Source: the human T2T-CHM13v2.0 reference genome, Homo sapiens
NCBI RefSeq assembly: GCF_009914755.1
Contig: NC_060926.1
DNA: 64,000 nucleotides
Direction: 5' to 3' (one strand)
Below the pieces are notes generated by a model, which worked only from the letters and a program-made list of their open reading frames with translations, searched no databases and was not told where the DNA came from. Positions 27,945 to 44,966 of the stretch are shown here, piece by piece. Position 1 is the first letter of the stretch, and each line of letters starts with the position of its first letter. A program made the position numbers and the translations under genes.

Positions 27945-29823
27945 AAAATAGTGACCCAGATATACTCTATCTCTAAAAAGATAGGCTCTGTGAAAATACA
28001 GCTGATACATTGTACAAAGAAGGTTGTCACTATATTGAAAGTGCCACTAAGCATTAAAACAAAAAACATTTTATTGGTAGTAAGTTTTAAGAGTATAGCA
28101 ATTTAGGAAAATGTTGAAAATCTGGGGAAGAACTATTTTATATCTACTTGCCATTTTGTGGCTTTATAGTATATTAATTGATAATTCAGACATTACAAAT
28201 ATAGTTCACTGAATAAGTGAATAGACAAAGGTAGATTTGGTATTCATATTTAATTTGTTATTATAGAACATGGGCCTTTAATTTTTTAAACTTTCTGTAC
28301 TAATTTCCATCTACACACTACTTAAACAAAATTTATTAGCATTCTGAAATTTGGATTACCTCCCTAAATAACATCATCAAAATGTTTGAATTAATAAAAT
28401 TTTTCTGTTGTTCCAAATAATTGTGATTCAAATACAGTTTTCAAATTTAAGCAATTTCATGACATGGCAGACATTTAGCTGACCTCTGTAGGCCTTAAAA
28501 TAACTTCATTATAGAACCATGAATGTAGAAAGTGTCTTTGAACATTTAGGAAAATAATAGCTTCAAGCCCATGCATTTTGTCCTAAAAGAGAAGACTATA
28601 ACTATCATCATTATTTTGAAGAAATGTTAATACAAATTTTAATTTAATTATTTAAATAAACTTTATCTTCCATTTTCTCCTGACAGCGCTCAATTTTTCT
28701 TACATAGCAGATTAGAACTACTGTACTTCTCATAGCTGATGCAGTATAGCAATGACCCTGTACATCTCAGATGCCCCTAGAGTATCATTCTTTTATGGAA
28801 TGGTACAGCAAATGATGAACTAGGTCACTGAAACCATGCAAAATTATTTTTGTATGCTGTCCTTTATGATGGATATTTCTGTTCATTACTATATAAACAT
28901 GTAGAAACAAGCATGTAGAGAATTTTCACCAAGTATGAAACATTTGTATTGGATGGTCTAACAAAATACTGGCTGTGTGATATTAAAAAAAAAAAAATGC
29001 ACTCTGGGGATCAGAGGAACCTATCTCACAGACCGGTTAAATTACAATACCAAAGAGGTTCTTATGACTCCTCATCAGGGGAGACATGCCTGTGTATTAA
29101 AACACTGTAGAAGGAAAAAACAGTCGTGTTAAATATGAGTCACCAATCAAAAGTCCCAAGGATGGATCTGCCACATTGCAGGCTTTGGTTTGCTATCCAG
29201 CTCTTTCTCGTGTAGCATACTCCAGAGTTAACAGCAGCAGGAATTTACTCACTTAGTGATGGTTAATGATTCTCCTGGGCAAGGTTGGGGAGACTAGCTA
29301 ATATGTAATATATTTTTAAAAAGCTCACCAAAGGTGATTAGAATCCAAATAGTTTGGGCACTTAATAAGTGAAGCTTCACTTAACTGAAAACTGCATCCA
29401 TCCATAACATCTCATTTCCTGATAATACGAGATGAAAGAGGAGTTCTTTGGCATAAAATGTAGTATACAGGTTATTCAAAGGGACTTACTTGTTGCTGTT
29501 TTTATAAAGGGGAGTTATAGGTCAAGTTATATTATCAACTAATGCAATGATTAATTGTCCATATTCTAAGATAGAAATTAATGAGGGCTTACTAGTTTGA
29601 AAGCACTTATTTTCCTGTCTTCACAAACATTAGACTATGAGGGTTTTTTTGTTTGTTTGCTTTGTTTTTTAGTTCAGGGAATATCTCTTGGTCATCTTTA
29701 TTTTATTGTTACCTAGATACGCTGTATGACATGTAATGAGTGGTCTATAAATCTTGAATGAATGAATGAATGGCGTTTCATCTTTTCTTACACAATTTTC
29801 ATAAGAACTAGCTTGCATTATCA

Positions 29824-30138
<315 letters not shown>

Positions 30139-30444
30139 GCTATATTCATTTTTTAAGAAATAAGGAAATTTTTGTATGCATTTAGAAAAATTATCTTAAA
30201 TATTTTAAATGGTAAATAGAGTGCTATATTTTATTTATCTGGAAAAATCTTAAAAGTTTTTAATTCCTTGATGGTTATAGATGAGTGGGATGTTATCATC
30301 TTTTCAGCATAATGGCTTCTTCACCTAAGGGGTGTGTGTGTTTTCATGTGTGTGCTTTTTTGAATGCTATTCACTAATAACTACTTTGCATATAGTCAGC
30401 TTAGAGTTAAATGTTTTTGATAAATATGATTCCATTATTTTAAA

Positions 30445-30630
30445 AAGCTTTGAAGTCAGACTTGAGCTGCAATTCTGCTCATGTGACCTCTCCAAGTTTG
30501 TTTTCTCACTATTAAAATGAGAATAATTATGCTTACTGCATAGATCTATTACAAGGCTTAAATGAGATAATCTACTGAGTATAATGCCTCGCACATTGAA
30601 AGTGTTTAATAAATAGTCAAAACTATTGTT
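30445..30630 (+). mobile_element. MIR SINE relic
   Basis: aagctttgaagtcagac...taaaatgagaataat...taaatgagataat. Confidence 0.7.
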
Positions 30631-30748
30631 AGAGGATTACAAAAAGAGAGTTTTATATGAACTGTGGTAGTTTTTAAGGGTCTGCTCCTTCACATTTTTA
30701 TTTTTCTAGAGACCTTCAAGTCTGCTATTGAAAAACAGGAAAAGAAAT

Positions 30749-30794
30749 TATATATATACATATATATATATATATACACATATATATATATATA
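30749..30794. repeat. (TA)n microsatellite with CA interruptions
   Basis: Directly visible. Confidence 0.95.
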
Positions 30795-31930
30795 GATGAT
30801 TCATAAATTATCCTCTGTTGCTTTTACCTTACTGTAAACAAAAACTCTCCAGGCTTTCAATAGGAATGAATCTTAAGTGAAGTACGTCCATATGGCAATT
30901 CTGAAATGTAAAAATGAACTGCTTTTTTAATATTGAATAAGCATAAAAATCAAATTATGTTGCTTAAAAAGGAATCCTCATACATCTTTTCCCATCTTGC
31001 ATAACACAAAAATAGCTAACTGCTTTGCTTAAATCATATTTGGAGGGTGACTAAGCATGAGACAGTTCCCAAACAAATCTTTGAGAAACTTATGCAGGAG
31101 TGAAAGTGAGATTTCAGCTGTAATCAGTCTCTTAATCTAGGTTAGCTCAATGAGGGTAGGCTGGTAAATTTTTAAATTCATCAATTAATCATACATCATT
31201 TTTCAAGATATTTTGGATTTTGCTGAAATATTAAAAATTGATGTGATTTCTTTTAAACCACACCTGGTTTTGTAGGCTATAGCTACTATGTACTTTTGTC
31301 TTTACAGGCACATGCATGTATTTTCATAAGAATGTTTATTAATTTACATAAAATGCATTAAACAGTGAAACCTTATCTTAAGGCTGACTTAAAATGTAAC
31401 ATATTATATATTGGTATACTAAAATACCTAAAAAGATTTTTTACCTAAAAATAATTTGTGTAACAAAAACAGCATTTTTATTGAAAAGTGGGGATATTGA
31501 TAGTATTATAACAGAATGTTAATTTTATTAAAAATTTACGGTTCATGTGTCAGAACACATAATTTAGAGGGATTATGCAATCACTTTTAAAGGAAGCCAA
31601 AAAATCTATCTGCTGTTTCTTAGGTTCAATAGTAGTTTAATTTCTTAAAAGACAATACATATATTTTTAGAGAAATCTTTAATTTTCTCTTGGAGTTGTT
31701 AAATGCCATTTAAGGCATGTTAAGATATTTGGTATTGCAGTTTACCTTAATAAGCCTTAGATTCACAAATTATACCAAGCCAAGAAAGTTATTCTCAGTA
31801 GAATATTGAGATATGAATTTGCCCTTGTTTATATCCAACTTCTGATTTCCATTTGTATAAACTTTGCAAATTTGAAGCTTCTGCTTTCACTTTGTTTTAT
31901 TCTTTGTTTTTCTTGTCATTTTGGTTGTCA

Positions 31931-32311
<381 letters not shown>

Positions 32312-32605
32312 TTACATATACTACTTTTAAAAGTAATTTAAATTCAAAATAATTTAAATTATTTTGAAAAGTTACTGTTCAAAACTAACATTATATCATG
32401 AAAATTTATTTGCCAGGATAATGAGGGCAGATATTCATCCAGCCAATTGCTGTGAATTTCATAGACATTCCTAAAAGAAAATATTTATCCAGAATATTCC
32501 AGAATATGAAATTTTTTTTCTGCTGATGGCCGTGTATTAGCCAGTCTTTGAACTAAATTTGATTTTACTTACTGCTAATCATGCCCAGCTCTTATTTTAT
32601 TTTCA

Positions 32606-32686
32606 TGATAGATAGATAGATGATTGATAGATAGATGACAGATAGATAGATAGATAGATAGATCGATCGATCGATCTACCGATAGA
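32606..32686. repeat. (GATA)n tetranucleotide STR grading into (GATC)n
   Basis: Directly visible. Confidence 0.95.
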
Positions 32687-32779
32687 AAGTAATAGAGATA
32701 CAGATATACAAACACCCATATATACATATATGTTGAAATTCTTGGCATTAAAACAATGAAAATATTTAGTACTGGCTTT

Positions 32780-34050
32780 TCAATGTGTTTTTTATAAAAT
32801 ATCACATAGCTGGGCTTTGCTTTTTAACCCAATCTGAAATTTTCAATATTAAAGTGGATTATATTTCCTTTGAACATGGATAATAGGCAAATTCTTTGCT
32901 TTGTATTCTGATATTCATTATCTAACATGTATTTCTCCACAGTCATCTGAAAAGTACGAACTAAATAAGCACCCTACAAGTATGCTTTATTCTCTTCTTC
33001 TAGATGAAAGCTTAAGAATGTTTAATTCCCTATTCCATTCTTCCCCCCAAATTAGACCTCTAGGATGCTTTTACATTTCTCCACCGTCTTCTAACTCCTC
33101 AGTTTTGCTGACGTAGTTCAATACTTTTGGTTTTAGATTTATTAGCTTTTTCCCTTACCATATGTCTCTTCTATTTTAAGAATTCTTACTTAGCTGTTAT
33201 GTTATGAATACCCAGTCACAATTCTTATCCATTTAGTTTTAACGTATATATTGCAAGGCTTATTGCACTCTTTTCTATTTATCTTCATGTGTCTTGAGAT
33301 TTCTATTCTGATTCATATGTTGTTTGGTTCAAATACTTCTTGAGTAGTTTCCTCGGACAGGGTATAGGGGTGGTTTTATCTCTCATCTTTGAATATCCAC
33401 AATTGTCTTTCTTCTAACCTGGAAGATGAATGATAACTTACTTGGTGGGGCATAGAATGCTTTGCTGCCAGTTCTTTTCTCTCTGTCCTCAACAGTCCAG
33501 TATCTTCCAGTTTCAGGTATTGAAGATGCAATGTAAAATGCCAGTCTGGATTATTTTTCTGCTGTAACTTGTTTCTTCTGGATATTTGAAAGATTTTCTC
33601 TTAATCTTTAGAATATAGGAAGTTTACCAAAATATGTCCGGTTGTATGACTTGTTTTGATTAACCTACCTGGACTTTAATGAGCCCTTCTATTCACAAAC
33701 AAAATTCTTCAAACCAGGGAACTTTACTTGTGTTACTTCTTTTTTCCTAATCTCTATTTCTTTCCCCCTGAAGATTTCCCTCTCTGCATTTTGCTGCATA
33801 TTTTCAGCTGTTTCTTCAATTTGATGTTAAAAGCCAGTTATTGTGGGCTCAAAGACAACATACTTTATTTAACTATTTTTTAATTTAAAAACATATTTTT
33901 ACATTCTAGAATATGTTTTAAAGTTGATCATTCTTTTATATTGCTTGTGTTAAAAGTTTTCTTCTATCTTCTCCAGCAACTTTATTCTAGGAGCCCCCTA
34001 GGTTTTAGGGCTCGACTTGTTTTTTCTGTCTTTGATTTGTGTACCCTTGA
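32780..34050 (-). mobile_element. Ancient L1M/HAL1-type relic (ORF1-like region)
   Basis: ttttaacccaatctgaa and gatgaatgataact...gcatagaat are reverse-L1 motifs. Confidence 0.5.
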
Positions 34051-35194
34051 ATACATTATTATTTCCCTTTGCCTAACAATGGCTCTGTATAGCCTTTGAG
34101 TGGTGAGGGGCCCAGGATTTTTTGCTCTGTGAGCTTTAAAAACACCATTGGTAAGCTTATTCACAACTTCTTGAGGCAAAAGGATTATTTTTGGTTAAAG
34201 TTATCTTTAGGGATATAGAGCAACTCTGACCATCTTTGTGTCTGTTTGGAAGTCTTCCACAAACACCAGATAGACCTCCTAGGACCACATATGTGGGCAG
34301 GCACTTAACTTTCAGCAAAGGCGAAGACCTCTCGGGGCCCTGTAAATTTTGGTCGTACCTTCTGACCCCCAAGCCACAGCACCTCCAATCTCCAGCAGCC
34401 CTAGCAGGGAACAAAACTGGTTATCTGATGCTTCCTTCTGGAATTCTGGCATATCCTATGGCCTTGCACATGTTATAAACTATCTAATCATCAGTCTAGT
34501 ATTCATAGTGGGGGGTGGTGGGTGTCAGAGTTGGGAGATTAAAGCATCAGGGACACATTCTCAGGTGACCACATTTCCAACAAGTTAAATGGAAAGAATT
34601 TGTTTAATTTCAAAGTACAACTTTTTCAGAAAACTACAGAATCACGGTCTTACGTGTACTCTAATTGTGATATCTTGTTTTACAAATGAGGATCCTAAGA
34701 CAGGAACTGTATTCTGTTTCTGTGTATTCAAATTGAATTTATAATCTGGGGGGTAGGGGGAAGAATGGCCATAGACAAGTTGTACATAGATAAGTTAAAA
34801 TAGAAAAGTGAGAAGTTGAAATTTTGGCGAAAAGAAGAAAAACTTCAGGAAATTTGATATTGGGAAGGTATACAAATGAACAAATTAAGCAGATTGTGTT
34901 GTGACAGTGGTCTCTCTCTGGATACATTTGTTGTAGCCATCACCAAAGATTTCGAATCTCTTTCCAGAAAAATCTTTGGTCATATAGCTGTTTCTTTTAA
35001 TTTCTCCCTTACTTCTGAAGGCATTAGGTCAATAAAGGAGGTAAACAGTTATTAGGTCAATAAAGTTACTTGGCTAACATGTGAAGTTTCATCAGTTGCC
35101 AGTCAAGCAGTAGCTAAATTAGGCAGTAGCTGGCTTTATGCAGAAATCTTACTTAGAAAATCCTTAATAAAAAAATCTTCTCTCCAGTTTATTA

Positions 35195-35490
<296 letters not shown>

Positions 35491-35559
35491 CCAGTTCCTT
35501 CTTAATTGAGTCTATTTCTACATTATTATTAGCAACTTGCAGCTCTTCTTAATTTCCTT

Positions 35560-36100
35560 TATACCCCTTGCCCAAGTTCCCTAAATCTCCTATTTGTAGC
35601 CAACAGGTCTGTTCCCCCTGATTTTCTCACTTAACACACAGTATTTCCATATCATACTTGCTAGGCTTAGTCTTCCTGAAACTTTTTCATAATGTTACTC
35701 GCTACAAATTTTTCAATGATGACTGGTTCAAAATCTGTCATCACTGACCACTATTTCTATTTTATCCTGAGCTCCATCCAAACTGGGCCACTCTGCTGCT
35801 GTCTATACTATCCTTTGCACTGCACCACCTCTGTTCCTTTTCTGGTTTCTTCCCTTCTTCTGGAGCATCCTCCTCTTCCATCTTTGCCTATTAAAATCTT
35901 ACCCATCTGGCCAGGCCTCTTGGCTCACACCTGTAATCCAGCACTTTGGGAGGCTTAAGCAGGAAGATCGCTTGAGGCCAGGAATTCAAGACCAGCCTGG
36001 ATAACATAGAGAGACACTGTCTCAGTGATCAATCAATCGAATCGAGTCGTACCTATCCTTCAAGGTCCATTCTAAACTTTACCTCATAGGATGTGATGGA
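35560..36100 (+). mobile_element. L2 relic interrupted by a FLAM
   Basis: ctgagctccatccaaactgg...cctatccttcaaggtcc are L2 motifs on both sides of the FLAM. Confidence 0.55.
35909..36045 (+). mobile_element. FLAM (left Alu monomer)
   Basis: Left arm only, with an (ATCA)n tail. Confidence 0.88.
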
Positions 36101-36107
36101 TGATACT

Positions 36108-36457
36108 GTGGTCATGTGCCAGATAACAACATTTATCGCAACAATGGACTGCAAATAGGACTGTGGTCCCATAAGATTAAAATGTTGTAATTTTACTGTA
36201 CTTTTTCTATGTTTAGATATTTTAGATATGCAAACACTTACCATTGTGTTAAAATTGCCTACAGTATTCAGCACAGTAACATGCTTCACGGGTTTGTAGC
36301 CTAGGAGCAATGGGCTGTGTCATATAGCCTACATGTGTAGTAGGCTATATCATCTGGGGTTTTTGTAAATACACTCTGTGATGTTTGCATGATGACGGAA
36401 TTGCCTAACAATGCATTTCTCATAATGTATCCCTGTCGTTAAGTGACACATGATGGT
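36108..36457 (+). mobile_element. Tigger3a-like (TcMar-Tigger) relic
   Basis: gtggtcccataagatt...ttgcctacagtattcag...tttgtagcctaggagcaat...gttaagtgacacatga. Confidence 0.88.
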
Positions 36458-37644
36458 ATTTATATATGTCAGATTACGAATTGCAAATTATGTCTTAGAT
36501 AAAAAAGAAACAAATTTCAGGTAACAACAAGGACAAAAATAACAACAATAAAATGTAGAGCCACTAGCAATAGCTATCTTTACTGATGGCCTACTACTGT
36601 GTGAGAGATACTTGCAAAGGCCTCATACACAGTGCCACATGAACTGTACAACTTATATGTATTTTTACATATCTTTCTCCTTAAGATGATCATATGAGAT
36701 ATTTCTATTATTCTCATGTTACAGATGTAATAAATGAGGTATGTGAAAGGTGAAGAAATGTGCTTACAGTCAGTGAAATCCAGACAGCCTAGCCATAGAT
36801 TTCAGGCTTAAATTTCAATTAGAATATGGAGAAAATGCATTTATCAAGGAATTTTGCCGAGATTCATTTGGAATAAATCTTATTCTTCAAAGAGAATGCA
36901 CACATAACTTTTTAGAATGTAGCAGGTACCATGATGTGACTTATACTTGCATAGAAGAATGTCACCTCGGGAAAGATAATGGAGAAATTGTTATTTATAG
37001 GAATCATTATAGAACACAAAATGAAGTGGGGAGATTGGGAAGCTATTATACTAACCTAAGCAAGAGATAGTGTGATTTTAAACTAGTCAAGGCAGTGAGA
37101 ATGCAAAGAAGAATTTGAATGCTTGAGATAAAGAAATTGAACATATTTGACCTGACATTTGAATGGATATGGGTAGGGAAAGATAATACTTAGGTAACTC
37201 AAATCCCCAAATTTTCTGTCTGCTGAACTCCACAAGATAAATCCTTTTAGAAAGAACCGCTAAAACATTGGGGTTTGAATTTTAAAAAGTGTTTACCTTG
37301 GAAGAATGATAAACAATTGATTTGAGTTTCAGATCAAGGCAACAGTTCAAATATATTTCTTCTCAGGAGATGCAAATCTCAGAGAATGCAGTTTCTACTG
37401 TTGTGTTTTGTTTCTTTTTGAAAGCTAAATTCATTCTTTGTGACGTTACTAATGTATTTGAAAATTATTTTTATATATTGTTTTAGAGAAATTTTTACAT
37501 TTTTGAGTTTAGCAAATTTTGAAACTATTTTTATGCCCTATTGATTATCTATAATTTATACAGAGACTGGGCTCAGAGGATGTATTGGTCCAGAGGAAAT
37601 GGTCAGTTTCCTGAGTATATTGTCCCAAGATGGTTTTTTTAACC

Positions 37645-37941
<297 letters not shown>

Positions 37942-39191
37942 TTCTTTAAACATTTTAAGGCAATATGTAGATATGAAAGTTGTGAAGTCTCTGATGCAAA
38001 AACGAAAAAAGCAGTGTGAAATCTAGGCCTTGGTATATGTAAAGAAAATAGTCCATAGATACGATTTTTTCATGTCCACTCTCCCCAGACAACAAAAAGT
38101 ACAGAACCTATCATTCTTGTACCTTTCTTCCCAGGATGACTTCTCCACTTTTAAACAATAGCTACCCCCCTGCACCCATTATCTCTCAATATGTTCACCA
38201 GATGTACACGTACTGGTGCATCTCTGAGCTTTGGTTCTGGCTTTTCCCTGGCTTGGTGGGCCCCAACATATCCTGTTCACCTCTCAGCCTTTAAGGTCAA
38301 GCTGCTGCTCAATAGTAATGGCAGAATGAATGATTGTGACAAAACCTAAGCATGCAAATTGTAAAACTAAATTCATCCCCCAAATTACCAATTAGTAAAT
38401 ATTGTTGCCGTGAAAATGATTACATTGGGGTAACTGAACTTTCAGTGATACAGTGGCCTTACTTAAAGATTATCTAGTCTAATGCTTTTATTGAATAGTG
38501 GAGAAACCTGAGGCCCAGAGAAATTAAAGGATTTCTCTATATTTGAAATATTGGTAATGTCCTAGAACACAGATTCTTTTATTCCCATTTCAGTGCTCTT
38601 TTTACCACATCATATTGGAACCATTATTTAAGTGTATATAATGAAAAGCATCTTGTTTTTTTCATGTATATTGACAATGGATTTTTGCTTTGAATTTTAG
38701 ACAAATAATGCATTTTAGTGTAACTAAATTGAAAGCACCAAACACTACTACTAATTTTAGTTTTGTTTAACTATTCAAATTTTGTAGGTTGTTTTAGACA
38801 AAAGCAGATAAAAAAATTATGTTGTACATTTACTTTAAATATTTTACCACTTTTTTTGGTAAGTTTATTTGCATTTTGCCATCCCATGTAAAGGTAGTTA
38901 ACTAGTCACAATTCTCCCATTTAGTTAATCTCTTGAGGAAATTACTCAAATACTGTTTCTTATTCTATAAAATAAAATAGGTGATCTGGAATGATAGCTT
39001 AAAATTCTTTCTAGCTCTATATTTATCTGAATAAGAGCTATCTAAAACTTGAATTTTAAAATGCTGTCATACAAAGTACTTTTTTCCTAATACATTTTTG
39101 AGATAAGTAGGATATATAAAACATTGCTAATATATTGTGAAAATCTCTGGAAATGTCTTAAGTAATGTGAACTTTATTGTTGGTAATGCTG

Positions 39192-39500
39192 TTCTTTTTT
39201 TTTTTTCCCGAAGATAGGGCCTATTGTATTGCCCAGGCTGGAGTGCAGGCAGTGGTGTGATCTTGGCCCACTGCAACCTCTGCCTCCTGGGCTCAAGCAA
39301 TGCTGTCACCTCAGCCTCCTAAGAAACTGGGACTATAGGTGTGTACCACCTCGCCCAGCTAATTTTTTTATTTTTTACAGAGATTAGGTTTCACCATCAT
39401 CATGTTGCCCAGGCTGTTCTCGAACTCCTGGGCTCAAGCAATCCACCTGCCTCAGCCAACCAAACTGCTGGGATTACAGGTGTCAGGCACCGCGCCCAGC
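39192..39500 (-). mobile_element. AluJb-like
   Basis: ctcctgggctcaagcaat. TSD tggtaatgc at 39181 and 39501. Confidence 0.93.
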
Positions 39501-40075
39501 TGGTAATGCATTTTAAATTGACAAATTTAAAAGTGTAATCAGAATTAGCTGTAAAATAATTTTCACAATGTCAGACTAGGTGAATGTATTTATGAAGTAT
39601 CCTTGAGATTGCTGTGGGTTTTGGAAAACCTACTCAATGTAAAGTTTCAGCCTGTATAGTAAAACAGAGCAAGGAAATACCTCTTTACCATTGAGACCTC
39701 TTGAAAATTCAAGCAAGATCTTCAGGTTCTTGCAATTGGAGACACTCCTACAAATAGGCCATCTTATCTGATTAACCTGATTAACCCCCAATAAACTCCA
39801 CTAGTTGACAGGTCCTACCCACTCATTTCCTTTTGGTACTTCATTCTTAACACGAATAAATGTCCAACAATTCATTCCAACAGTAGTCTAATAATTGAAG
39901 GAAAGCATTTACCATGAAACAAAATGAAACAAATAGTATAATGGAATTTGGAGGAAACTGACAATGAAAGTTGTCAGAAAATTAAAATGCAATAAGGTGC
40001 TATTTAAATTTTTAAAATTATATCCACAGGCAGAGCTTTGAAATACAAAATATGATAACATAAGTAAAAACCAAA

Positions 40076-40233
40076 AGCCAGGCATGGTAGTTCATGCCTA
40101 TTGTCCCAGCTACCCAAGAGGCTAAGGTAGGAGGATCACTTGAGCTCAGGAGTTTGAGGCTGCAGTCAGCTGTAAACATGCACTGAAGTCCAGCCTAGGT
40201 GACAGAGCAAGACCCCGTCTCAAAAAAAAAAAA
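40076..40233 (+). mobile_element. FRAM / right-arm Alu monomer
   Basis: Single right arm with an A tail. Confidence 0.88.
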
Positions 40234-40259
40234 TGTTTTTAATAAAAATAAAAATTCAA

Positions 40260-40430
40260 GGCTGGGCACAGTGGCTTACATCCGTAATCCCACATTTTGG
40301 GAGGCTGAGGCAGGAGGATCTCTTGAGCCTAGGAATTCAAGGCTGCCATGACCTATGATTGTGCCACTGTACCCCAGCCTGGGCAACAGACCAAGGCACT
40401 GTCTCAATAATAATAATAATAAATAAAATA
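40260..40430 (+). mobile_element. FRAM/FAM-like Alu monomer
   Basis: Single arm with the right-arm insertion and an (AAT)n tail. Confidence 0.88.
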
Positions 40431-41556
40431 CTTTGGAAACTTAAATAGGCTGGAAGAAAACCTATGGAGAACTCCTAGAAAAATAGGACAAAAAAACCGA
40501 AGCGATAAAAAGGCAGACAAAACCATGAGACTCAAGACTGAGAAGGCCTATCGTATTGCAAATGGGAGTCCCACAAAAGAAGAACCAAAACAATAGAGTG
40601 AATGAGACATGATCAAAGAAAGAATATGTTAAATTTTCTCAGAACTGAAGGATATGAGTCTGCACATTGAAAAAGCCCACTGAAATATCCAGCACGATAA
40701 ATAATAAATACCCACACTCAGGAATATAATCACAAAATTTCATCATAATGGAGATAAAGAGAAGATTGTGAGGTGCTTCCTAAGGGCAAGGAATGTGGAT
40801 GGGTCACATTCAGAGTAGTAGAATGGCATTGAACTTCTCAAATAATTTAAATTATGGAAGAGTTTCTTCAAAATTGTAAGGGAAACAAATTTTATTACAT
40901 AGAATTCTATATCCAACCAAATCAAGTGTGGTGATAGAATAGAGAGAATACTACCCTCACACCCAAAAATACTTTCCTTGGACTGTTTCTTGGGAAACAA
41001 CTGGAGAATGTGATTCAGTGAGATAAACAAGTAAATCAAGAAAGAGAAACACATAGACAAATGAAAGCAGGGTCCTATCCAGGAAAGGGGCAAAGAAAAG
41101 TACCAGCATGGCTGTTATTCAGCAAACTAAGAGCGAAACCAAGTCCAGATTGTACCCTAACAACAGAGCCTTCAGGAAGGAGCTCTCCAGGAAACTAAGG
41201 AAATTGATATGTTTGAACATATAAAAAAAATTGATACCCAGATAGCAGTGGTGTCGGAAGAGTATATAAAAATTGTACTAAGTACATATAAAACTAGGTG
41301 ATTGAAAAAATAATGCAATTAGTAAATCCAGGAGAAATAATAGCCATGTTCCTAGTTCACTTTTGGGCCTATAATATTTATAAGTCATGATAATACAGAC
41401 ATTGACCATTCATTTAACCCAAAATTATGACATTACTTTGGCATTAGAGATGGGTAGAAATGGCAATTATACGGATGCAAAAGAGCTAAGTCTTTATATA
41501 TGATGAGAAGTCAACCAATAGGGTTTAAAAAATTGTTAAGTGAAGAAGTAGAAGCA

Positions 41557-41720
41557 CAGTAAGTCCCCACTTAATATCCTTGATAGGTTCTTGGAAAGTG
41601 CAACTTTAAACAACGTACAGCAGGTCCTCAAATAATATCCTTTCAGTTGGTTTCATTATACCTGGTTTTGCTTAAAGTCGCAATTTCCAAGAATGTATTG
41701 ACTATGTTAAGTGAAGGTAT
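41557..41720 (+). mobile_element. MER47/Tigger5-like internally deleted MITE
   Basis: TIR-like ends: cagtaagtccccacttaa...gataggttcttggaaa and tttccaagaa...gttaagtgaagg. Confidence 0.8.
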
Positions 41721-41911
41721 AAGAATATCATTTAGAAATAGGCTAGTCCCAGAGAAAAAAGACAGAAAAGTTGAGGATGTTTGCCTCTGGAGACAGACAG
41801 AGTAGAGACAAACGTGGCAGAAGAATGCTGGTTTTTACTATGAGCCTATTAATATTATTTTACTTCATACACTATCTACATTGTATTATCTTGATAAAAA
41901 TGAAATCAATT

Positions 41912-44448
<2,537 letters not shown>

Positions 44449-44693
44449 AAATCAATTCTAAAAATACAGTATCCCACCTTTTGTGAAAATAAGTTAATTG
44501 TATATTGATATGACACTGCAGAACATTTAACAACAACAACAAACTCTTTAGTTAATGCCCAATTTATTTTGGTTATGTAATTTATTGACCTACAGTTGTT
44601 TATAGTGAGCTTTTAGTCTTATTACAGATATCTTATATATGATGAGTTTGTTTTTTCTTGCCACTTAGAAATTATCTCTTTGTCATTGCCATT

Positions 44694-44966
44694 TGTTTTG
44701 TTTTTTTGAGACAGGGTCTTGCCCTTTTGCCCAGGCTGAAGTACATATTATGATCATGGCTCACTGCAGCCTCAACCTCCCTGGCTCAAGTGATCCTCTC
44801 TATAGGTGTGCACCACACACCTGGCTAATTTTTTTATTTTTTATTTTATAGAGATTATATCTCCCTGTGTTGTCCAAGGTGATCTCTAACTCCTGGGCTC
44901 AAGTGACCCACCTGCCTCAGCCTCCCAAAGTGTTAGGATTATAGGCATGATCCACCCCGCCTGGCC
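44694..44966 (-). mobile_element. AluJ with an internal deletion
   Basis: gatcatggctcactgcagcctcaacctcc diagnostics. Confidence 0.9.

Larger units (their letters stand above)
39850..41902 (+). mobile_element. HAL1 (half-L1) relic interrupted by two Alu monomers and a Tigger MITE
   Basis: ORF1-like ttctcagaactgaagga...attgaaaaagcccac and tagaattctatatccaaccaaa. HAL1-type 3' end gtattatcttgataaaaat. Confidence 0.65.

Noticed and set aside
28810-28890. C/D-box snoRNA candidate (ATGATGA...CTGA)
   Set aside because: There is no terminal D box or terminal stem at the correct spacing.
33982-34588. Cluster of overlapping short ORFs in a GC-richer patch
   Set aside because: No homology, consistent frame or splice signals. 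It is probably the continuation of the adjacent old LINE relic.
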